A model generated the notes under the pieces. The model saw nothing but the letters and a program-made list of their open reading frames with translations, did no database searches and was not told the origin of the DNA. From the IMG/VR virus record IMGVR_UViG_3300025137_000195, positions 1-28,588 of that record: a DNA stretch of 28,588 nucleotides. One strand, 5' to 3'. This stretch comes from a virus. Its lineage: Duplodnaviria > Caudoviricetes. Below, in pieces: positions 8,504-15,209 of this stretch. Within the stretch, counting starts at the first letter, position 1, and every line of letters starts with the position of its first letter. A program made the position numbers and the translations under genes.

Positions 8504-10162
8504 TTAAGGAGCTATTCCTACGTACATAATATAACATAATGCATAGTATGGAGGTAAGTTCTTATTTGTTCCAGATTCTCCACCTGTAGCTGATTGAATA
8601 GTAACAGATATTCCTGTTGTTGCTTTATCCGTCTGCGCCGCCTCGAAAGATGAAGTTCCATCTTTAGCTCCACTTGCACCTAATCCTCTTGTATTTTCTT
8701 GAGTAAAACCATGTTGGTGACCATCTCCTTCGATTACAGTCGCACTGTGGCCGTGTGCAACAATTACTGCATCTTTAGAACCACCTACAGTTCCTACTGC
8801 TGATCCGGATACAGTTGGTGAGGCTGCTCCCATAATAAATCTAGAAACTAAATTAGGAGTTACTTGACTATTAGAAGTAGTTCCATCACATATAGCCCAT
8901 CCTGTTGGTATTGCATTGGCTGCTCCTGACCATATTATTATTCCACCTAAAGGTGTTAAACCTCCAACGGTTGAAGTGTTTACAAAACGTCCATCTGATT
9001 TAACTCCTAAGGGCATAAAATCTTGATACGAAACTGTTATATCAGGGCCGGCTAATTGATCTATTTCAACGAATCCTGAACCTGATATATTACCGGCTAC
9101 TGTTAAACCGTTAGTTGCAGGGTAATTTGTATTTACTCCAGTCCTACCTGCTGCTGTTACTGTAAGAAGTGTGTCAGCTTTTGGGTTATCAAATTCATTT
9201 TCTGTTGTAGATATTACATTAAATCCTTCTTTTTGATTAGTATCAGTATTAATATTTACTACCACATTACCCCCGTCCGGACCAGCAGGAGAAGATATAA
9301 GTAAACCTGCAGTATTTGAATCGACAGGGATTAAAGTTCTTCTACCGTTTGAAGATGCGGTATTTATGCTAGAAGGAATAGGTTTTATAAAAGATTCTAC
9401 TGCTATTCCAGTTCCTATACCTACACCAATACCGTGTTCACCTGCTACATTTAAATTTTTAGTTGGCGAGGTGGTACCTATACCCAGGCTTTTAATATCA
9501 TTATCAAAACTAAAAGTACCTACAATAGAATCATCTCCTTCAACACCGCCGCTATTATTACCTACTATAGAATTATGTATTTTGCCGTATTCTTTTCTAC
9601 TTGCATCAATTACTTTATTTTGAGAGATATAAAAATGAGAATTAACTGATGATATCTTTCCTATAACTGAATTACTTGCTCCATCTGCACTATCTTCTTT
9701 AAATCTAATTAAAGCTTTAGAACCCTCGTTTGCAAATATAGGATTAGCAGTTAATGAAATTCCTGCTGCGTGACTATCAGATATCACACCTATACTTAAT
9801 CTCTCCTGAGAATTTGATGCTAAAGAAAGGAATTTTTTAGTATTATTCCATACAAAATTACTGTCTGCTTTAAAAATATCAACTCCATTTACCGGACCGC
9901 CGTTAAACTGTACTTCTGTTATATCGCCGGCTGCAGATGTTGTTGATTGTTGTGCAGCTTGTGCTGGGAAATTTATTTCTTCATACCTTTCTGGCCCATA
10001 ATCTACACCTGCAAGATCTAGAGCATTACTACCGGTATAGTGAAGTCTCATTGTTTGTCCACTATTTCGTAACGAACTAGAATAGAAAAACTGAGCTTGG
10101 TTTCTATCCATTTCATCGTAGGTTAAGGCAGAGCCTTTATTTACTCTAAGAATTATACTCAT
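8504..10162 (-). CDS. tail fibre with C-terminal tail-collar domain and HxH metal-binding tip (short-fibre/gp12-like), 552 aa
   Basis: N-terminal IILRVNKGSALTYDEMDRN anchor; collar motif PLGGIIIWSG..IPTGWAICDG...TPNLVSRFIMGA; HGH and HQH motifs; terminal NLPPYYALCYIM. Confidence 0.85.
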   Translation of the reverse strand: MSIILRVNKGSALTYDEMDRNQAQFFYSSSLRNSGQTMRLHYTGSNALDLAGVDYGPERYEEINFPAQAAQQSTTSAAGDITEVQFNGGPVNGVDIFKADSNFVWNNTKKFLSLASNSQERLSIGVISDSHAAGISLTANPIFANEGSKALIRFKEDSADGASNSVIGKISSVNSHFYISQNKVIDASRKEYGKIHNSIVGNNSGGVEGDDSIVGTFSFDNDIKSLGIGTTSPTKNLNVAGEHGIGVGIGTGIAVESFIKPIPSSINTASSNGRRTLIPVDSNTAGLLISSPAGPDGGNVVVNINTDTNQKEGFNVISTTENEFDNPKADTLLTVTAAGRTGVNTNYPATNGLTVAGNISGSGFVEIDQLAGPDITVSYQDFMPLGVKSDGRFVNTSTVGGLTPLGGIIIWSGAANAIPTGWAICDGTTSNSQVTPNLVSRFIMGAASPTVSGSAVGTVGGSKDAVIVAHGHSATVIEGDGHQHGFTQENTRGLGASGAKDGTSSFEAAQTDKATTGISVTIQSATGGESGTNKNLPPYYALCYIMYVGIAP

Positions 10163-10187
10163 TTTTTTACTTTTTAATTTAATGTTA

Positions 10188-10232
10188 ATCCAGTGCGACG
10201 CTGTTATGTACCCATGCGGGGACGGCCACTCA
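10188..10232 (-). ncRNA. predicted 45-nt exon/circular RNA product of the permuted ribozyme
   Basis: UGAGUGGCCGUCCCCGCAUGGGUACAUAACAGCGUCGCACUGGAU lies between the omega-G (10233) and the IGS-paired U (10188). It is 27/45 GC in an AT-rich genome. Its release as a circle is inference. Confidence 0.55.
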
Positions 10233-10465
10233 CATTATTGTTAGCTTTATGTCTCCATAAAGATCGGACTATATCATCAGATTGCTAGTCTGCTGGGCGC
10301 TAATTCTGGTTATTAAGGGAAACCATTTTCCCTCCAGTAGTCTCTGAACCTTCTATAAGATGGCTTATAGCTTGGCTGCTGATTGTCTAATCTCTAACAT
10401 TGTTACGCTTTGGTAGTTAGAGCTCTAAAGAGTTTCCAGCAATTCACCCAGTTTAAATTGGACTG
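10233..10465 (-). ncRNA. group I intron ribozyme core (subgroup IA-like), ORF-less, intergenic, apparently circularly permuted at L1
   Basis: Conserved elements on the minus strand: P AAUUGCUGGAAAC (10444-10432), Q AAUCAGCAGCC (10384-10374), R GGUUCAGAGACUA (10350-10338), S GAUAUAGUCC (10275-10266). Helices: P3 CUGGGUG (10451-10445)/CGCCCAG (10299-10293); P5 extension CUCUAAC/GUUAGAG; P6a CUAUAAG-CCAU-CUUAUAG; P7 GACUA/UAGUC; P7.1 CUGG-AGGGAAA-AUGG-UUUCCCU-UAAUAA-CCAG; P8 CAGA/UCUG; P9 CUUUAUG-GAGA-CAUAAAG with a GNRA loop; P9.0 AU/AU followed by omega-G at 10233. Confidence 0.93.
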
Positions 10466-10504
10466 TTTTTTTATTGTTGTTTTTAATTTTTTATTTATGT
10501 TATA

Positions 10505-10512
10505 TATAAATA
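10505..10512 (-). promoter_or_regulatory. putative late promoter TATTTATA driving the ribozyme/tail-fibre transcript
   Basis: GATATTTATATATAA lies about 40 nt upstream of the IGS and matches the motif at 8483, 13901 and 23698. Confidence 0.6.
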
Positions 10513-10541
10513 TCTTACTTTAGTAATTAATTAGTTTATGT

Positions 10542-12182
10542 TTAAGCTTGCATTGGCGTATAAGTAGATTCAAATTCACAGGTCTGTTTATTCAACGCTA
10601 AATAGTTGTTTAATAAATTCCTATAGAACGATTCACTTCTTGAATTTTGATCGTTTGTATTATGTGTATTAAATGTATAATCGAATATTATTGCTCCGTC
10701 CTCGTTTTGGGATGTGACTACTGTTATATCTGTGTAGCATGGTGCTCTATTCCCATTATTTTGATTATCTACCAGTAGGTTGTAATTATTATAGGTATCT
10801 ATTCCTTTAATGATATTAGATGCAGCTGTATGATCTTTCTTTCTCCATAATTTGTATTCACCATTGTCACTAGTAATTCTTGTATCACCTCGGAGACCGT
10901 TGCGTTTTATACTTAACCCAGTTTCATAATACCAGTTTTGAATAGTAAAGTAGTAAGTACATGAAGTAAAATCTGGTGGAGTGTCTCCGCCTGGATCTGA
11001 AGGTTCAAATGAACCGCTTCTACCGCCTAATAGCCTATCTGAAGAGAAATTCATGTCAAGTTTAACTATTATAGACATATCAGTTTCTAAAGACTTGGGA
11101 GTTGGTCTTCCTAACTTACCTACTGCAATTAGTTGATTGCTGTCGTTATATAATCCGACAGTAGTGATATAAGGGTTATAATCTGACCCTGTAACAAATC
11201 CTTCAACTATACCGTTTTTATTAAAAGGAAAAAAAGCTGAGTTATTAATTTTCTGTAAGGTTGTTCTGTTTAGCGTATAGTTAAATTCGTTATTTTTTAA
11301 TTTACAGTGGTAGTTGTGAGTATATATAGGTAGGTTAGATTTCCATTTTAATACAGCATTGAAGTATGTGTTGTAGTATTGAGCTATTATACCATCTGTT
11401 ATAATTAACTGTCCGTGTGTATATATTGCATTTCCAACATAAACTCTAGGAGTAGAGTGTTTTAAAAATAATCTTCCTTCTCCATCATCTACTATTTCAT
11501 TACAGTTTCTTTCAGGAGTGGTTATTGAATTATCTATAAATTCTCCACCTCCTGATATAGTTTCATTAACATAGGTGCTTTCATTTTCTACGTAATCGGT
11601 ATTAGAAGGAGCACAGGTAGATTGAGTTTGACCAAATAGAAATTCTGTGTTTTCTATGTATAAATTATCTTCTGAGTTTATAGAATTTACTCCTAAGTCA
11701 GTGACGTAGTTGTTAGAAACATAGTTATCTAAACTACCGTTACTATCTGAGCCGTTAATATTATCTGGTGTGATAGATATGGATAGGGGTTCTATATGAG
11801 TCCCATACATTTCTTTAGGTAGAGAAAATATAGCTAGCCTATCGTTTATAATTCTTGAGCCACTAGCTTCAAAAGAAGATTGTAGATAATTATCATATGA
11901 ACTAGAAGTGGGGACTACTCCATCAACAAAATTAGAGTAGTAAAGGTGTTCTATACTTTCGTATATAAGCCTCCTATTGAAAACAGTACTTGAAGTAGTA
12001 ATTAAGTTTCCTGCAATAACATTTCCTGATGTAAGATCGTAAAAATTACCAGAACCGGATAATCCAACTATGTTGTTTATCCCTAGCTCCCTATATTGAC
12101 TTCCACTTGCTACCCATGATTTATGAGCTGTATAAGTCGATATATACGCATCCTGCTGATTGAATTTTTTGTAAGCAGTCAT
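10542..12182 (-). CDS. virion structural protein (baseplate/fibre-attachment), 546 aa
   Basis: PYITTVGLYNDSNQLIAVGKLGRPTPK...IIVKLD motif is paralogous to the C-terminus of the 342-aa neighbour; baseplate gene context. Confidence 0.65.
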   Translation of the reverse strand: MTAYKKFNQQDAYISTYTAHKSWVASGSQYRELGINNIVGLSGSGNFYDLTSGNVIAGNLITTSSTVFNRRLIYESIEHLYYSNFVDGVVPTSSSYDNYLQSSFEASGSRIINDRLAIFSLPKEMYGTHIEPLSISITPDNINGSDSNGSLDNYVSNNYVTDLGVNSINSEDNLYIENTEFLFGQTQSTCAPSNTDYVENESTYVNETISGGGEFIDNSITTPERNCNEIVDDGEGRLFLKHSTPRVYVGNAIYTHGQLIITDGIIAQYYNTYFNAVLKWKSNLPIYTHNYHCKLKNNEFNYTLNRTTLQKINNSAFFPFNKNGIVEGFVTGSDYNPYITTVGLYNDSNQLIAVGKLGRPTPKSLETDMSIIVKLDMNFSSDRLLGGRSGSFEPSDPGGDTPPDFTSCTYYFTIQNWYYETGLSIKRNGLRGDTRITSDNGEYKLWRKKDHTAASNIIKGIDTYNNYNLLVDNQNNGNRAPCYTDITVVTSQNEDGAIIFDYTFNTHNTNDQNSRSESFYRNLLNNYLALNKQTCEFESTYTPMQA

Positions 12183-12185
12183 TCA

Positions 12186-13214
12186 TTAATAATCAAGTTT
12201 GATTCTTACTAATGCTTCTTTAGTAAAATCTTTTAATAAAGGTCGTGATAATTTAGCAACTCCTAATAAATCATTATCGTCATTATACATTCCTACAGTA
12301 GTAATATATGCTTGAGGAGTATTAATCATAACATTATGTCTTAATTCACCTGAGGAGGTAATATTAGATGGATTAGTAGAATAGTTAAATTCTCCATTTC
12401 TCACTCTAACAAAAACAAAATTAGAACTAATAGTTTCTTCAGACTGTAAATCAAATGCTCTTGCTGTAGCTTGGTTCATTACATCGAATAATTTATCCGT
12501 ATTTTTTTGAGTTGCAGCTAATTGTGTAGTTTGAGTTTTTATATCTAGTCCTCTTCCAGCTGCATTTGTATTTAGAGCTTTACCTGACAGTACTATTAAT
12601 CCTACATCTGGTAGAAACTTTCCATAAGTTCCACCTGCTGCATTATATCCGTCGTCTATGTTTAATTGTTTAGTTCCATTAGAACCGCTAATAATATCAT
12701 ATACCCTACCTGCATCAACATACGATACAGTAGTAATGTCGTTACTATTATCTGTTAAGTGTAGATGTGGACCTGCTGAGCCACTGGATAACTTTAAGTT
12801 GAAAGTTCCAGGGAAAAGTTTTTCTTTAAATCTAGCCCTTTCTATAGAAATTACATATATATCGTCTGAGGTCTCACCTCCGAAAGTAAAATCTACTTCT
12901 TCATCACCAAATACTAAATTTCTATACTGTCCATAAATTGTAGAAGTAGGTGATTTAGCTGGAACATTTGAATTATAAGGTACGCTTCCTAGTCCATTTT
13001 TATGCCCATATGCTATAGAAAATTGAACTCTTGATGTTGAATCAGTTGTGACCTTATCATATGCATCAATATAGAAATTACCTGTATTACTTGCTACTTG
13101 TCCTGTGCTTTGGTATATTCGTCCCAACTGTACTGCCTGTGAGCTCCATGCTGGTTGTACAATTGATTCTGCACTGATTGAAATATCTTCTGGGTCTAAT
13201 CTTTTAAATGACAT
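12186..13214 (-). CDS. virion structural protein (baseplate/fibre-attachment), 342 aa
   Basis: NGEFNYSTNPS...YITTVGMYNDDNDLLGVAKLSRPLLK...RIKLDY resembles the E.GL[FY]D..G.L.AVA motif of fibre-attachment domains. Confidence 0.65.
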   Translation of the reverse strand: MSFKRLDPEDISISAESIVQPAWSSQAVQLGRIYQSTGQVASNTGNFYIDAYDKVTTDSTSRVQFSIAYGHKNGLGSVPYNSNVPAKSPTSTIYGQYRNLVFGDEEVDFTFGGETSDDIYVISIERARFKEKLFPGTFNLKLSSGSAGPHLHLTDNSNDITTVSYVDAGRVYDIISGSNGTKQLNIDDGYNAAGGTYGKFLPDVGLIVLSGKALNTNAAGRGLDIKTQTTQLAATQKNTDKLFDVMNQATARAFDLQSEETISSNFVFVRVRNGEFNYSTNPSNITSSGELRHNVMINTPQAYITTVGMYNDDNDLLGVAKLSRPLLKDFTKEALVRIKLDY

Positions 13215-13220
13215 ATCTTA

Positions 13221-13880
13221 TTAATTATTTACCTGTACAATTGTTAATGGAACTGTTACTCTAGCTCCTGAGTCTCTACCTATAATTGTTATGGTTGTTT
13301 GTAAAGTTGTTTGACCTGCAAATAAAGTATTCACAGTAGTACCTGTAATATTAATTGAAGTACCTATTACTGTTTTAGATACATTAGTACCTAAGGTAGT
13401 AGTTGAGTTTAGACGTTCTGCTTCTGGTGTGTTTACCCCTACTCCGTTGAATGTAGATAATACTCTAGCATCTGCTACAGTTGCTACATACCCGCCGGTT
13501 TCAAAAGTTTGAGATGAACCTAAGTAGTTTAGAGTTTGAGGAGTAATTGCAAGAGATGCTCCTTGTTTAAGTCTAATAGCTGTATATCCAACATCTAGTA
13601 TAGGAAGCCTAGCTGTTCCTCTAGGGAGAGTTGTAAGCTTATATTTCATTATTTGAGTTTCGTCAGGAAAAGCCTCTAGTAGCGGTAAGTTTTCTATAGC
13701 TTGACCGTAATACTGAGAGCCTAAAGGGTGAGTAGGATTATAAAGAGTATAATCTATCTCATCATCTGAAAGTGCGAATTGTGTTATTTTAAAAGAGCCA
13801 TCTCCTCTTGCTAGAAGTTCTCTACCTTTTTTAGTTAATATTGCATCAACTGTTACTATTGAATTATCTAAATATCCCAT
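13221..13880 (-). CDS. conserved virion structural protein, 219 aa
   Basis: DAILTKKGRELLARG...KITQFALSDDEIDY resembles the ILT..GR..LA...IT.FA.GD start of P2 gpH-type fibre-attachment domains; preceded by TATTTATA. Confidence 0.7.
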   Translation of the reverse strand: MGYLDNSIVTVDAILTKKGRELLARGDGSFKITQFALSDDEIDYTLYNPTHPLGSQYYGQAIENLPLLEAFPDETQIMKYKLTTLPRGTARLPILDVGYTAIRLKQGASLAITPQTLNYLGSSQTFETGGYVATVADARVLSTFNGVGVNTPEAERLNSTTTLGTNVSKTVIGTSINITGTTVNTLFAGQTTLQTTITIIGRDSGARVTVPLTIVQVNN

Positions 13881-13900
13881 ATCTTATTTGTTGTATATAA

Positions 13901-13908
13901 TATAAATA
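13901..13908 (-). promoter_or_regulatory. putative late promoter TATTTATA
   Basis: GATATTTATATTATA lies 20 nt upstream of the ATG at 13880. Confidence 0.6.
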
Positions 13909-13944
13909 TCTGTTTTTATCTTTTTACTTTAGTTATTAAATTTT

Positions 13945-15189
13945 TTAACCTCCTGCTTCGTCTGCAAAATTGGCATTAATAGGTTCAGGGCATAAGGAAG
14001 AGCTGAATATGGTTCCAAAATCGTCTGTATATAAAACCGAATTAGTTTCAGTAACATAAATTTGTGAATTATTTATTGCTGTTAATGATCTAACAAAATC
14101 TTCTATCTTATAATTATCTATTCTATCAAGCTTGAATAGCGCTGTATTGTTAGCCATTAATGCTGCTAAACCAGGTTTCATATAATTTCTCTGTATACTT
14201 ATTACTTTATTAAACCTATTATGAAATGTAACTCTCATTAACTCTTTATTATCACCTGCTACTTTTATAATATCTCCTACATCTATATCCGGTGTTTGCT
14301 GACCTGATGCAGATGAATAGTCGTATAAAATATTTGTATCAGTGGCTTGAACTGTTGCTGCAGTTTTAATTCCAAGACTAGTTGATGAAAATTTAGGAGT
14401 TCTATCAGGGCCTGTATGTATAAAATTACCTACTATTCTTTCAGCTCTAGTAAGTCCACATACTACGTCCTCTGCTGCATCTAGTGGATGTATTTCTCCT
14501 TTGTATTCCCTAGCTGATATTGCTGGTTTAACTCCAGCATAACCATCAGGTGTACTTTTAGATCCTTCGTATCTTGCGTTTATAATCCCTGTATCTGTAT
14601 AAAAACTATCCTGTACTGCTGCCTTAGAAGCTGAGGTAGATGCTATTGCGTCAAAGTTTGTTGGTTTTATAGCCCCTTCTTCTTTATCTGCTTCCATTCT
14701 TATACTACTTCTTCTCAATACATTCCCATTATTATATAGTGGGTTAAAATCTGATGAGTCAAATACTAAAGAGTTTATAAAAGGTTCAAAAAATACTGTG
14801 ATATTAAATTCAGGGCTGCCTAAAGCTCCAGCTAAAATATTTGGGACTAACGTTTCACATGTGACTTCAAAGTAAAAAAATGAGTTTATACCCTGGTCTC
14901 CGTAGAATGCTCTATTTACTACATTCAATAGATACTCTATATTATTGTTTACAAATCTAATAGTTTCACATTGGTTTAGTACTTCGTCTATATCGGTAGC
15001 TGAAAGTGTAGAAATTCCGTTAAAAGAAAGACATTCCTGAGTAACAGTAACTGCATCAATTCTGCCCTGCGTAAAGCCCGTATCTGGGTTTACTGCTGCG
15101 GGATTGTATAAAACGTTAATCCTTTGTCCAAAATTTATACTATTACCTTGCGGTAATAAATGTAAACTTATAAATTCACTAGTAGTCAT
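13945..15189 (-). CDS. putative virion structural protein, 414 aa
   Basis: Long ORF within the baseplate cluster. The motif VQDSFYT..G..NARYEGSK loosely resembles NEAKFDGE in the 1443-aa neighbour. Confidence 0.6.
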   Translation of the reverse strand: MTTSEFISLHLLPQGNSINFGQRINVLYNPAAVNPDTGFTQGRIDAVTVTQECLSFNGISTLSATDIDEVLNQCETIRFVNNNIEYLLNVVNRAFYGDQGINSFFYFEVTCETLVPNILAGALGSPEFNITVFFEPFINSLVFDSSDFNPLYNNGNVLRRSSIRMEADKEEGAIKPTNFDAIASTSASKAAVQDSFYTDTGIINARYEGSKSTPDGYAGVKPAISAREYKGEIHPLDAAEDVVCGLTRAERIVGNFIHTGPDRTPKFSSTSLGIKTAATVQATDTNILYDYSSASGQQTPDIDVGDIIKVAGDNKELMRVTFHNRFNKVISIQRNYMKPGLAALMANNTALFKLDRIDNYKIEDFVRSLTAINNSQIYVTETNSVLYTDDFGTIFSSSLCPEPINANFADEAGG

Positions 15190-15209
15190 TATTATTAGTT
15201 TTTATAGTT

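Noticed and set aside
10188-10232. tRNA or tRNA half as the exon
   Set aside because: No T-loop GUUC, D-loop or cloverleaf is recognisable.
10163-10541. Conventional group I intron joining the 546-aa and 552-aa ORFs or interrupting a small gene
   Set aside because: The upstream ORF ends in TAA before a promoter motif, the downstream ORF has its own ATG and a complete N-terminal anchor domain, and no upstream U-G P1 can be drawn.
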